A stretch of DNA of 64,000 nt, taken from the NCBI GenBank assembly GCA_010909165.1, contig MU008181.1, positions 62,001-126,000 of the forward strand, given 5' to 3'. The stretch comes from Anthoceros angustus. Its lineage: Eukaryota > Plantae > Anthocerotophyta. The notes beneath the pieces are model-generated. The model was not told where the DNA came from, made no database searches, and saw only the letters and a list, made by a program, of their open reading frames with translations. A program made the position numbers and the translations under genes. Shown here in pieces: positions 38,501-51,363 of this stretch (position 1 is the first letter of the stretch; each line of letters opens with the position of its first letter).

Positions 38501-40760
38501 GGTCATGACTGGAAGCTCCTTTGGATTTCGGCTTCTTGCGTGCTTGTAATGACACAAAGCTCTTCTCGACCACCGGCTTGCCATCTCCATCTCCAACACA
38601 TCCATATCGGCACCTCGCACATCCTCGCTAACCTCCGGATCCATGTCGGCTTCCATGAAGGCCTGTGGTGTGGAGCAGATAAAATGGAAGGAGTCAAGGC
38701 CCTCCAAACTCAATCAAGTGGCACGAGTCTTTTCCGTGACCTCTCGATCGGCAAGACATGGAATCTCTAGCATACGGCCCTAGTCCCATTCAAATTTTGT
38801 CAAGATACGCACCGCGCGCCGCTAGTGAATAAAGTGCATCCACATCACTACACCGGCTTGAGGCCATGGGTCTCACGGCGAACCCCGTGACGCAAGACGC
38901 AGTGGCTGATCATTGCAGTAAATCCGTGACTCGTCAAAATCAATGCACAGTGCCGGAATAAGACCACACACACTGCGGCTTGACCACGATTTGGGTGCTT
39001 TGACCGACCCACTCTTTTAAACCCTCCCCACCAACACACTCGACGAGTGCCATGGAGGACCCACGATATCAAGAGTCGATGCCCTTCAAGATGAAGATGC
39101 TCCTCCTCTATTAACACCGAGCTTGTGCCAAGAGTCTCCCGCCACCACCGAGCTTGTGACAACAGACACGCAGCCTAGCAATGCCGCAATTACCGTGGCT
39201 CGATGCCTCCTGCACCGGATCGCCGATGATGAGGCCGAAAGCCGGACGATGGGTTCTAAACAGGTCATGGTGGAAGCTCCTTTGGATTTCGGCTTCTTGC
39301 GTGCTTGTAATGACACAAAGCTCTTCTCGACCACCAGCTTGCCATCTCCATCTCCAACACATCCATATCGGCACCTCGCACATCCTCGCTAACCTCCGGA
39401 TCCATGTCGGCTTCCATGAAGGCCTGTGGTGTGGAGCAGATAAAATGGAAGGAGTCAAGGCCCTCCAAACTCAATCAAGTGGCACGAGTCTTTTCCGTGA
39501 CCTCTCGATCGGCAAGACATGGAATCTCTAGCATACGGCCCTAGTCCCATTCAAATTTTGTCAAGATACGCACCGCGCGCCGCTAGTGAATAAAGTGCAT
39601 CCACATCACTACACCGGCTTGAGGCCATGGGTCTCACGGCGAACCCCGTGACGCAAGACGCAGTGGCTGATCATTGCAGTAAATCCGTGACTCGTCAAAA
39701 TCAATGCACAGTGCCGGAATAAGACCACACACACTGCGGCTTGACCACGATTTGGGTGCTTTGACCGACCCACTCTTTTAAACCCTCCCCACCAACACAC
39801 TCGACGAGTGCCATGGAGGACCCACGATATCAAGAGTCGATGCCCTTCAAGATGAAGATGCTCCTCCTCTATTAACACCGAGCTTGTGCCAAGAGTCTCC
39901 CGCCACCACCGAGCTTGTGACAACAGACACGCAGCCTAGCAATGCCGCAATTACCGTGGCTCGATGCCTCCTGCACCGGATCGCCGATGATGAGGCCGAA
40001 AGCCGGACGATGGGTTCTAAACAGGTCATGGTGGAAGCTCCTTTGGATTTCGGCTTCTTGCGTGCTTGTAATGACACAAAGCTCTTCTCGACCACCAGCT
40101 TGCCATCTCCATCTCAACACATCCATATCGGCGGCACCTCGCACATCCTCGCTAACCTCCGGATCCATGTCGGCTTCCATGAAGGCTGTGGTGTGGAGCA
40201 GATAAAATGGAAGGAGTCAAGGCCCTCCAAACTCAATCAAGTGGCACAGTCTTTTCCGTGACCTCGGCGGTGGCATCGGAATCTCTAGCATACGGCCCTA
40301 GTCCCATTCTTGTCGCCTCGCACCATCGTCGCTTATGAATAAAGTGCATCCACATCACTACACCGGCTTGGCAGTTTGCGGTCTGCGAGCTGGCGAACCA
40401 CATGACGTCGATGAGCAGGGGCGAGGCTGCTGCGAAATCCGTGACTCGTCGTGCAAAAATTGGCAGAGTCGGAATAAGACCACACACACTGCGGCTTGAC
40501 CACGATTTGGGTGCTTTGGTGACCACTCTTTTAAACCTCACCAACACACTCGGAGTGCCATGGAGGACCCACGATATCAGAGTCGATGCCCTTCAAGATG
40601 AAGATGCTCCCTCTTCTCAATCTTGAGCTTGTGCCAAGAGTCTCCCGCCACCACCGAGCTTGTGACAGCGGATCGCAGCTACTTGTCTGCAATTCGCTGT
40701 GCCTCCCGGCCGGGATCGCCGATGATGAGGCCGGCGGGCGATGGGTTCTCTGCGAAGTCA
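38501..40760. repeat. 761-bp tandem triplication inside the CACTA element
   Basis: GGAAGCTCCTTTGG at 38511, 39272, 40033; copies 1 and 2 are near identical, copy 3 has many small indels. Confidence 0.9.
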
Positions 40761-40975
40761 TTCGGCTTCTCAACTCCTGCATGGACTGCGTCATATGTTC
40801 AATGCCATTTCGGCCTTCAGACATTACCTTGTGCCCGAGGCACGAGCGGGCTGCGGTTGTGCGGAAAGCCGAGTGAGTGTGTCCATGAGGTCAGGCCCCA
40901 GCAACATGTCTTGTAATTGTATCATCCTATGCATGTCTTGTATTTGTAAGCCACTTGTTAATCATCCCACACATT

Positions 40976-43900
40976 CTAACTGTCGAACTTCGCAGGTACA
41001 GGTGTGCAAATCATCCACCCGTTGCGTCTGGGCATAACATCTCTGTGTGCCAATACTTGCCTCACATGGGCAGGGAACGTGAAAGGCCCTGTCTGGTGGT
41101 CGCGGTGGTATCGATAAGGTCTGCGAGTGTCAACATTAAAGAAGCCAGAGAAATCGCGGACCATGGACACTGGGTTGCCATCGACGCTGCACTCGAACCA
41201 ATCCACCTCGAAAACCATGAAGCTTAGGTCCCCCTCTTCACAAGCCACCTCCAGAATCCGTTTAATCTGGCCGAAAAAGTCCGGTGGAGCATCATGTCCT
41301 TCCATCTCGAACTGGCCATGGACCCAACTGTCTCGAGTGGCTTGCCGATTCTCGTCCAGCTTTGGTCCCGAAATGATATCCATGTGACTCGAGTCCTCGA
41401 TATGTCATTGTCGTGAGCGTGGCCCCCAAGCCAAGGCTATGATGTCTGCTTTGTTGTCCATGTCATCAAAGGCACCCGCATGCGTTCTGTTTAAGCCATG
41501 TGATGAAGTCCATGCCTTGGGGATTACACGTTGTACATCCGCCACATGGCTCCATAGTGCTTGAGTGTAGGACAAGGTACCAATGAAGTCATGCTCGCCG
41601 TCGCGCCGCTAGTTTTCACGCTCTTCCCGATAGGCCTCTCATCGCCCTTTCCAGAGAGTCTGACGCCAAACAAATGGGCCTGGTCAGGATGCGTTGCGGA
41701 TAAGTATTCTGCCGCGTAATGCATTGCTTCCATGGCCATATAACGGGTGGCCATGCTCCCTTCAGGTCGTGCTTTCTGTCGGACATGGTTCTTCAGGACG
41801 AGCATGTACCTTTTGAATGGGTACATCCAACGGCAGTGGACAGTGCCATGGGTCTCAACCTCCTCGACCAAATGTATAATTAGATGTTCCATGATGTTCC
41901 AAAAAACAGAGGGCATAACACTTTCCAGGGCAATGGCGACATCAATAGCATGTGCTTTCATAGTTGGCAAGTCAGCCAAACTGATGTCCTTTGACATATC
42001 CACGGTATAGCGCTCGCTTTGTAATGTCTATACTGTGCCCATCCAATCGTCCTCTTAGCGCAATGGGTAAGTAATCTGCGATGAGGCAATGCCGATCATG
42101 GCTCTTCATCCCTGTCACTTTCTCTCCTGCAATGCACGGAGATTAGCAATCCCGGAGGCTGATGTCCGCTATTTCGCGTTCACGACCTCCGGATGGCCCC
42201 TACCCAAAACATAAGATGCATCCGCATATGAGCTTCTCCATCCTCATGTATGGGCCACAACTGTGGCTTTGAATCATTTTCTTCCATGTCGATGCGAGCA
42301 TTAAGAGTGTCCCATCGGATAGGACATGCCAAATGGCTCGGCAATTGTTTGCCTCGACGCATGACGCCCTTCGTCTACGCTTTTCAATTCCCTACAATGC
42401 AATGATAACCCGTGAGAAACACTCTTGTGTGGCCCTATATACTGCCAATGCACTGAACTCGGGATAAAGCTTGTCTTACCCGCAGGTATGGGAGGGCCCT
42501 GAACAATGTAGACTCGGGCGAATCGACTGTGGCTGTGCGCCAGAAACAAGATCGCCGCATGCATATCCGTCCACCATATCGCCTCACGATTGCAATGGAG
42601 TCTGGCCCGGAGGTTGTTGAAGAAATCCAGCTTTTCCTGCCTCCTCGGGTCGTCTATGGGGCACCAGCGCCGGTGACCCTCGACGATCAATTTGTTCAGA
42701 GCGGAGGACCATCGGGGCTGGAGGGACTCCCCGCAATCCGTGCAAGCCATATAGCCACGGACCTGTAAACCAAAGAAGTGACCGAGGCCTGGGTAGTCGC
42801 AAGTGGCCGTGAGGAGTGCTGCACGGAGGCAGAAATGTCTTTGAGGATGCCCTATCGGCTTGGAGCTGTCAGTAGCCGGGATGCCCTGGAACAAAATTGC
42901 TAATTCAGAAAGCAAAGGTGCAAGGTAGATATCCATGTTAGAAGTGCGGGCACAGGATTAGCAGGCATAAGGATGCTATTTTTCTTGTGAGACCAAGGAG
43001 GGAGGTTGTGTATGACCAAAAGCACGAATGGCGAGTATGAGCTAGGCCGATGTCCTCCGGTTCAATCCATCGGTAGAGATGCCGAGGCGGACGTTACGGT
43101 GATCGGCCCCTAGCAGAGGCTGATCCGATGCCGCCCAAGCCCTTGTATCCGCCAGATCTGGCTGACATTTCAATCTACACTTCTTCTTTGTGGAATGCCA
43201 AGACATGAGGCGTGCAAATTTCGGAATCATGAACAGCCGTTTGAGTCGCTCGCTTATGGGGAAGTAAAATAATGCCTTGCGGGCGATGGGGGCGCTTCGA
43301 GGTGCACCCAGCAAGTGGCGAGCCTCACCACAAACCGGGCACTGAGTCTCATCGGCATAATCCCCCAAAATATACAGCAATCTTTGACGCAGGCGTCGAT
43401 CCGTTGATGGCTGTGTCCAACCTTGAGCATAATAGCCTGGGCTGCCTTCCTGGATGGTGGCATAGCATTAGAATTGGGAAGGATATGCGGCGGTGAAAGT
43501 GAGAGACATTCCATCTCAAATTCAAATCGGTCTTGGATGCTCGTGATTACAGCAGCCGTGTCTAGTTTGGTTGCCTTGTTGGTTGCCTGGGCCTGCACTA
43601 CCCATAGCGGGGTCTTGCCTTCAATGTCCAAAGCCTCTTTCCAACGGTCTTCCTTGATCGAAGATGTCACGGGCATTGGGGTCTCTGCTGTAGGCATCAC
43701 TGTCTGAATGTTGGACATCGCGTGGGGCATCTGGGAGGGGCAGCAGAGGAGGGGAAGGCGGGGAGGGAGGCCGGGATGTCGAGGTCGCCGCCGAGCCCCC
43801 CGGGCTAGTGCCAATTTGCCGGATGAAGACATCCTGCACCGTCAAACCCTGTAACACACAGAAGGCAGGTTGAAGCAGTGGCGACGAGACGAGCACAATA

Positions 43901-44030
43901 GAGCATCAACAACATGACATCGGGAAAAAAGGGCCTCACCCTAACAACCAGGAAAGCATCCCATGCCAGCACATGACGGCGAGAGATGTCTGCGCGGATC
44001 ATATGCCGGGGATTCCGACTTTGGCATTCT
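40976..44030 (-). pseudogene. CACTA transposase TnpD (transposase-associated, Transposase_21, DUF4218, DUF4216 order), frameshifted
   Basis: MYCPCPEC...RRH; IDACVKDCCIF...CPVCG...YFPI; NVRLGISTDG; DIYLAPLLSEL...CDYPG...YMACTDC; IMEHLIIHLVEE...RWMYPFKRY..VLK..VRQKARPEGS; FEVDWF...PFTFPAHVRQV. Confidence 0.92.
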
Positions 44031-45025
44031 GGGCAAGGGCAATACATGGACGGTATTTGCCGATCGCGTAAAGGGGCCGCCATTGCCGTGAACGCCTATG
44101 GTCTCCGAAGAAGCCGGGCTGAATGTGGGAGACGAGGTGCTGGCTGAATCCGGAGGCGGCCGGGATGCGGGACACCCGCGTTGGGGCGCGTACCAGGGGA
44201 CTCGTTGAAGCCAACGGCACCGACATGTACACATTTGGGCCGTGACAGCAACTGGTGGCTTTAAAGTCGAACCCCGTCGCGGGCGCTTACATTGCCAGCG
44301 CGCCAACCAGCGCAGGCAGCGGCTCGCACGCACGGCCGACACACCCTTCTCTACCATTTGTAAAGTCCTGTAAACTTTCCCCGGTAACTGGCAGCCACGC
44401 AAAGCCGGGGGCCGCGACTGCAGGCAGGATGTGTCGGTATGACGTGAGGGTGGCGTCTTTCATGCTTCGCAAGTTCCTTTAACCAGACGCCCTTCACCCG
44501 AGGTTCGCAATCATGCGCGTCATTAGGTCGGCAGAGTGTCATATGTGTAAGACGCACAAAAGATGTAGACCCGGACCGTCCTTAAGTCCTCGTCTTAATA
44601 CATTCAACATTGTTGTAGTGCATGGAGCACAATAGTTGATTTTGTTCCAAGAGAAGGGTTGAAGTGTGCTACAAATTTCTATCGAAAGGATTCCAAGAAT
44701 CGGAATTCTCTACCAATACCGATTGTACCATTCTTAGACATTATAGTGACTTAAATCACGTAGCTTTCAATCACATGTTCAGAGGTTTGCTTAATGTTGC
44801 CACTAACAACGTCTTGGTCTATATCAATCGCCAACCATTTTCGTGTCTATGCAAGGCTTATAATGACTTGAAAGGTCTGATGCCGAATCTTTGGTTACTA
44901 TTTTGAGGAAATTTTGGAAGGCCCTCCTTTTTGACAGGCTTCTACATAGCATAGAATCCATTGACATGTTCCCGACAGACTTGGGACTTGAACATAAGAT
45001 CTCTTGCCATTCAAGGAACACTTGT

Positions 45026-46292
45026 ATGGTCTTTCAGCATCGGAGTTTGAAACACTGGATGGTCTTTCAGCACTGGAGTTTAAAACACTGGATGGTCTTT
45101 CAGCACCGGAGTTTGGATCAAACAGTATGTAGTGCAGTCAGTTTCTGCTATTTTAGATTCATGTGCATAGGAAGCCTACATGCCTTGTGTGTATGCACAC
45201 TGCAAACACATGGACTATGTGCCTGGTAAGGGTTGATATAATATGTTCGGTTTGTGTAGATATTAGTGTTCGTATAGACCAGAAGATTTTTGATTGGCAA
45301 CTACACCACTAATGAACATGCATATGAAGCCTGGATGTATGGCCAATTTTTTTGTTAAGTAGTTGCTCTTATTTCCTAAAGTGGCTCAAATCCTTTTTCA
45401 AGGATCACGTACAGATCGTGTGGGTGATGCATGTCATGGCCCTCAGTATAATGGATCCTAGTATGATCCCAATTATTCTAGAGCTCCTTGGCTCTCCAAA
45501 GAGAAAAGGGATTGGGTAAAGCATTGTCTTTGAAGCAAGATTAAGTGTTAGAGATTTTGCCTCAGCATGTTGCAGTTGTGTACGAGAAGATGAATCAGTT
45601 GTGTACGAGAAGATGAATCATTACATAGGTCGTGAGCATGGAGAAGACGTCGAAGATGACTACATGCAGCGAAAGGACATGCTATGCATGAAACGATAAG
45701 TGGAAGCGGGTGAGTGGAAGTTAGACCTCGATGATGCCAAGTCCACTGAGATGTGGTTGAAATTGTATGCTAATCAAATATTCCATAGATCGAAACCAAC
45801 TGAACCTTTTGTTTTAGGGTTGCAAACTTGTTTCATGCAGCAGACGTGAATCAAGCATGGCAATAATAAAATTTTAGTCATGGACGCCACGGTTGGAATG
45901 AACAAGTATAGATACCACGTGTTTAGGGTATCGTGTTTAGGGTATCGATGGTTTTTTATCAGCACCTAAGTGGTATTCCAGTGGTTTTTTATCAGCACCT
46001 AAATGGTATTCCAGTGGTTCTTTATCAGCTCCTACATGATATTCTAGTGGCTTGGGCACTAATACTGGAGGCCACTATTGTTTCCGTAGTGTCGTGGTTG
46101 GTGCCACTTCGAAGACTAGCTCTTACAACATGTTCAACATGAGTGCCTAGTTGTTTTCTAGTGGATGCTTGTTGAGCAAAGATAACTACATTCAACAGGT
46201 ATGAGAGGTCAAGATATATGTTGCTTTGTGTCTATGGCATGTTAGGAAGAGGTCAAGATATATGTTGTTTTCTGCCTATGGCATGTTAGGAA
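45026..46292. repeat. Cluster of short tandem repeats: 33 bp x about 2.7 (45026-45115), 33 bp x about 2.6 (45949-46033), 44 bp x2 (46205-46292)
   Basis: Periodicities read directly from sequence; the three units are unrelated to each other. Confidence 0.8.
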
Positions 46293-46824
46293 GGCATGAC
46301 AGCGTAATCTATTGAAGAAGGTCAAAGTGACGTATTGGTGCAAGGAAGAAGATACGGGCAGCTATTGCGGAGATCATGTGTGTAAGAGGCCACAATACAC
46401 TAGATTATATTATCGCACGGGGTAAGGTATGCATAGGTAAAATCTTCATCGGAATTGCTGAAGTGCTTTATCTTCCAAGCCTTTATCGCGCTGGAAAAAT
46501 TACACAAAGTTGCGTTACATATCAGGGGTCATCGCCCGGGGGACCCATGGAAGCGTCGCCCATCGTCGTTTCCTTCCGGATAATGACGTGGCTATGTATA
46601 GGAACGCATTTTTGGCCATCGGGTATAGACTACTGTCGATGTGCAGGCCCGGCCACTGGTGTGGATAAAAGTCTCGGTAGACACAGTTTTACGGGCACAA
46701 GTTCCACCGTATACCTGGCTTTTGTCGTCCTGAAGATTTCCGGGAGAGGAGTTTTGGAACCCTACAAACTAATTCAATACTTGTGGAGGCATGCGGCGTG
46801 GATTCTCGCCGATTGATAGGACTG

Positions 46825-47807
46825 ATGGAAAACGCTGTGGATGCCCTGGAGGCTCACTTCCGCAAGGCGCATGCTACTCTTTTGGTGGGTTGTCAGGAGC
46901 ATGCCTGGTGTGTGTATGGAATTGTTCGGGAGAGGGTTTTCCTAGGGTTGACATGCCGGTTGCGGTTTTTGATGGATTCTGCTGTAGTTCGTGCAACATA
47001 AACTGGAGCTGGAGTTCTCTGAGAGCTACGAGGACTACGTGAGTGACTGGCGTGAGCCACTTCTTGCACCAAGTTGAAACACTTTTCTGTCTCCTGACAT
47101 TGCCTCGCTCCTGTACGTGCAGGTGAATCCTATGAAACTGCTGTCTCGCATACGGAAGATCCAGGAGGACCTTCCCGCTATGGAAAAGGAGTGTGGAAAG
47201 CTCATTGCCTCCAAACAGGTAGTTTCATGGGCCCTCGCATTTCTGACAAGTTTGCACTTGCTGTTGTGTACGTATGTGGGAGAATGGTGGCGTCTTGGGT
47301 CCAAACTGAAGAGAAACGCACCTTCGATTTTAGGTCAGAGCTTGCCTGCAGAGCTTGATTCTCTTGGTGTTTGTAAGTTTGCAGGACCTCATCGATGCAG
47401 TGAGACAGAGCCTTGCGGGCAACAGGACATACATTCGCAACTTGCAAGCACGGGCCGGCTTGGCTTCTGCGGACGATGCTGATGACCCTGTTTTCAGCTC
47501 CTTCCAAGACGTAAGGCTCTCCTCGAACCCTGGGGTAGCCGGTTCCGTTGCTTATGCTGCAGACTCGAACTCCGCATCATTGGGCGTCTCCCGTAACTGT
47601 GTTGACATGTGGTGTGCTAATGCTAAAATCAGCTTCTCAAGGAATGGGACACTCAGCTGGGCTTGCAACCAGGTAATGCATGGTAAAACTCAATCCAGGC
47701 ATTCGGAGGCTATTCCTTCACGCTTTTGCGAGTTCCCTTGTCTAACCCTCATGTGGTTTGTCCGAGCAGGCTTGAGGCTCACCGATGCGCAGAACGCGAG
47801 GAACTAA
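46825..47807 (+). CDS. SKA2: Spindle and kinetochore-associated protein 2, about 6 exons
   Basis: MENAVDALEAHFRKAHATLL|FVQHKLELEF...|VNPMKLLSRIRKIQEDL...SKQ|DLIDAVRQSLAGN...|LLKEWDTQL...; NPMKL and KQDLID match plant SKA2; splice phases are consistent. Confidence 0.85.
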
Positions 47808-48656
47808 AGCATTCCATCCGTCCATCAGGAATCGGTGTCCCACAATCCTAACAGGACGCTGCACTCCAGAGACCTTGAAACACCAGTGTATGTAGCAGCA
47901 ACCAACACCTTGAAGCCCGCCTGTTGTCTTTAGTGAACTGGACTCCTGGACCTTTCATCTCTCCTGTATCTAGGTGGAGGTGGGCCTGACATGCAAGTCT
48001 GCAAGAGTGAAAGCTGAATCCAGGCATTCGGAGGGTATTCCTTCACGCTTTTGCGAGTTCCCTTGTCTAACCCTCCTATGGTTTGTCCGAGCAAGCTTGA
48101 GGCTCACCGATGCGCAGAACGCGAGGAAGTAAACCTTTCCATCCGTCCATCACGAATCGGTGTCCCACAATCCTAACAGGACGCTGCACTCCAGAGACCT
48201 TGAAACACTGGTGTACGTAGCAACCAACACCTTGAAGCCCGCCTGTTGTCTTTAATGAACTGGACTCCTGGATCTTCATCTCCACTGTATCCAGGTGGAG
48301 GTGGGCCTGACATGCAAATCTGCAAGAGTGAAAGCTGAATCCAGGCATTCGGAGGGTACTCCTTCACGCTTTTGCGAGTTCCCTTGTCTAACCCTCCTAT
48401 GGTTTGTCCGAGCAGGCTTGAGGCTCACCGATGCGCAGAACGCGAGGAACTAAACCATTCCATCCGTCCATCAGGAATCGGTGTCCCACAATCCTAACAG
48501 GACGCTGCACTCCAGAGACCTTGAAATACTAGTGTACGTAGCAACCGACACCTTGAAGCCCGCCTGTTGTCTTTAGTGAATGGACTCCAAGACCTTTCAT
48601 CTCCACTGTATCCAGGTGGAGGTGGGCCTGACATGTAAATCTGCAAGAGTGAAAGC
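47692..48656. repeat. Tandem triplication (~321-325 bp) of the SKA2 last intron end, terminal exon and 3' flank
   Basis: AATCCAGGCATTCGGAGG starts at 47692, 48017, 48338; copies differ by scattered substitutions. Confidence 0.9.
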
Positions 48657-49281
48657 AAGCAGAGGAGATATTCCGGATATTCCCTACAATACCCCGTGAG
48701 AGAAATGTACTGCGGACTTGTAAGTTGGATCCTCTCCTCCCTCCAAGTGGGCTGTCAGTGATCTCGTGCTGGATGATCTCGAAGCACTGTTCACTACACA
48801 TACATCCTGCCGGACCATGTCATCTTGCGACAGCTTCCCTCCGATTCGGACGGGACTGCGATGGCATGTTTCTGGAGCAGCGTGAAGCGCCAGTCTGATG
48901 GGTGTCAGCGCAGCAGGTGCCGTGTCTGGAATGTGGAAGACCAGGTTCGATGGACATCCGGCGCCTCCCCACCTGATACCGCCAAATGGCGGGGAGCGTG
49001 AAGGAAGCAGGAAGCCCCCAGCCTTTACACTCCCACACTCCAAGTCCCCAGCCCTGACCCCTGCGTCCTGCTCGGCCGGCAGGCTGGGAGAAGGGCATCC
49101 TAGCCCCTTGGTATTCCCTAGGGCCGCTCCTGGAGACTCAGATGCTGATCGCGGTACCACTTGTGAATCGAGTTATTTATGGTCTGTGGCAGCAGAATCA
49201 TCGGCAGCGATGCCGACAAAGATCCCAGCATGTCATATGCAGAGGAGCGGGAGCAGGCTCCGCAGTGTGGCATGCTGACTG

Positions 49282-51097
49282 ATGACTTCCTCTTCCTCCT
49301 CTCCAAGCGGAGGTGCTGGGAATGGTAGGCTGGCAGATGGAGGACGGCACCCAGGCATGAGATCCCGGGCAGGGGCAGGGGCAGGGGCAGGAGGCATGGA
49401 GGGCACGAATTCGCATTCGCCAAGGGCGGGGAAGCAGGGGGGCAGCGGGAGCGGGGGCTCGGGGCGGCCTCCCCTCCCGGGGAAGCTGGGGCAGAAACAT
49501 GGCACGGGTTCTGAGAGGGCGCCGCTGAGCCTGACCATCCCTTCAGACCCGCTGCAGCCGGAGAAGCAGGCCGCGGCGGCCATGGCCGCCCCGAAGCTGG
49601 AGGCGGCGGGCACGGACAGCCTGCTGGCGGAGCTGGCGGGGTCGGAAGACGAGGAGGAGGAAGAAGAGGAAGGCAGCAGCAGCAGCGGGGGCGGGAACGG
49701 CAGCGCGTGCCAGCGCTGGGCCAGCAAGCTGGTGCTGGAGTGCGCCAGGGCCGTGGCGGGCAACCGCAGCTCGCGGGTTCAGCAGCTACTGTGGGTGCTG
49801 AACGAGCTGGCGTCCCCGTACGGAGACTGCGACCAGCGGCTGGCCTGCTACATGCTCCAGGCGCTCTTCTGCAAGGTGACGGCCAGCGGAGCGAGATGTT
49901 ACCGCATTCTGTGCACCACGGCCGCCCGCACCTACTCCTTCGACTCCATGCGCACCATGATCCTCAAGTTCCAGGACGCCAGCCCCTGGACCACCTTCGG
50001 CCATGTCGCCTCCAACGGGGCCCTCATGGAGGCCTTCGAGGGCGAGACCAGAGTGCACATCGTGGACGTGAGCAACACCCTCTGCACGCAGTGGCCCACC
50101 CTGTTCGAGGCCCTCGCCACCCGCCCTGACGGCGCCCCGCATCTGCGTCTAACCACCGTCATCGCCTCCCCCGAGGACTCCGCCATCAAGGTAACAAACC
50201 ATAAGCTTCTTCCCGACATGATCCCTGCTCGGTCTCGGGAATGGGAATGCAGAATCCTGAAACAAGGTCTCCCGCTTTACTGTGATGTGCATCCAGGTGA
50301 TGCGGCAGATCGGGGGACGGATGGAGAAATTCGCGCGGCTGATGGGAGTGCCGTTCGAGTTCGCGGTGGTGCAGCAGCCGCAGCTGGAGAAGCTGGATCC
50401 CTCGGCGCTCAATCTGCGGCAGGGGGAGGCGCTGGCCATCAACTGCATGATCATCTTGCACCAGGTGTCGCCGCACAAGGCAGGAGCAGGCGGCGAGGGG
50501 AGCCCGCGGGACGCCTTTCTCGCCACCATGCGGAAGATGAACCCTAAGATTCTGACGCTGGTGGAGCATCAGGTGGACTCCACTTCCTCGGCAGTGAATT
50601 TTCCCATAGCCAAGCCGCTTCCGCCGGTGCCCTCTGGGGAGCAGGGGCCAGGGCAAGGGCAGGGGCAGGCGCGGCCGCCATCGCCGGCGTCGCTGCCTCT
50701 GGAGGGGCTGCGGGAGGCGCTGCGGTTCTACTCGCTGCTGTTCGATTCGCTGGAGGAGAGCCTGCCGCGGGTGAGCAACGAGCGGCTCATGATCGAGCGG
50801 TCCAGCGGGCGGGCTATGGTGAGTATGCTGGCGTGCGATGATGCGGAGCGCTCGTTTTGGCACGAGAAGGGGAGGCAGTGGGGGGTCAGGATGGCTGCCG
50901 CGGGCTTCGGGGTCCTGCCGTTTAACGACGATGTGGTGGATGACGTGCGCGCGCTTCTGAAGCGGCATAAGGAAGGGTGGGGTTTGGCGCTCGGCCCGGA
51001 AGAGGATCCTGTTGAGAGCAGCTTGCTCCACCTCACTTGGAAGCAACAGGCGGCTATCTTCGCGTCAGCTTGGAAACCGGTGCCACTACCAGGTTAA
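49282..51097 (+). CDS. SHR: GRAS transcription factor, SHORT-ROOT clade, 2 exons
   Basis: [11 protein letters not shown]...[23 protein letters not shown]...[22 protein letters not shown]...VHIVD...[13 protein letters not shown]; C-terminal SAW; in-frame intron 50191-50296. Confidence 0.95.
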
Positions 51098-51300
51098 TGC
51101 CATAGCCAAAATGTGACCGAAGTGCTCCTCACGCCAGGCTCAGGCAGCCGGCAGCTCAGGACAGTGCACCATCGCCTCTTCACGCACACAGAGTGAGCAG
51201 GAAGGGAAGGGCAGAGTAGGCTACATTGCGAGAGAGAAGACGAGTAGCTGCTTCTGCTCAAGAACTTGAAGCACCTATTCCTGTGAACTACTTTCATACA

Positions 51301-51348
51301 GGGGCAGGGGCAGGGCAGGGGCAGGGCAGGGGCAGAGCCGGGGCAGGG
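51301..51348. repeat. (GGGGCA)n-type G-rich microsatellite between the SHR and DWF1 3' ends
   Basis: About 7 GGG(G)CA units. Confidence 0.75.
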
Positions 51349-51363
51349 CGACGCTGTCTGTCC

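Larger units (their letters stand above)
35918..44620 (-). mobile_element. Full-length CACTA (En/Spm) DNA transposon, 8703 bp, coding regions disrupted
   Basis: Perfect 12-bp TIR CACTACAACAAT at both ends, plus TATTAAGAC at identical offset 20; 3-bp TSD CAT (35915-35917, 44621-44623); TnpD and TnpA-like fragments inside. Confidence 0.95.

Noticed and set aside
45600-45780. Degenerate coding-like stretch (…KLDLDDAKSTEMWLKLY) as a MULE-type remnant
   Set aside because: Interrupted and too short to assign without a search
45920-45947. GTTTAGGG twice as interstitial telomere
   Set aside because: Two non-contiguous units within a 14-bp duplication; too short
48898-49290. 126-codon upstream ORF or alternative frameshifted N-terminus for SHR
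   Set aside because: The upstream frame stops at 49278 and shows no recognisable motif; the MLTDDF resemblance to the SHR acidic motif is too weak and needs an unsupported indel
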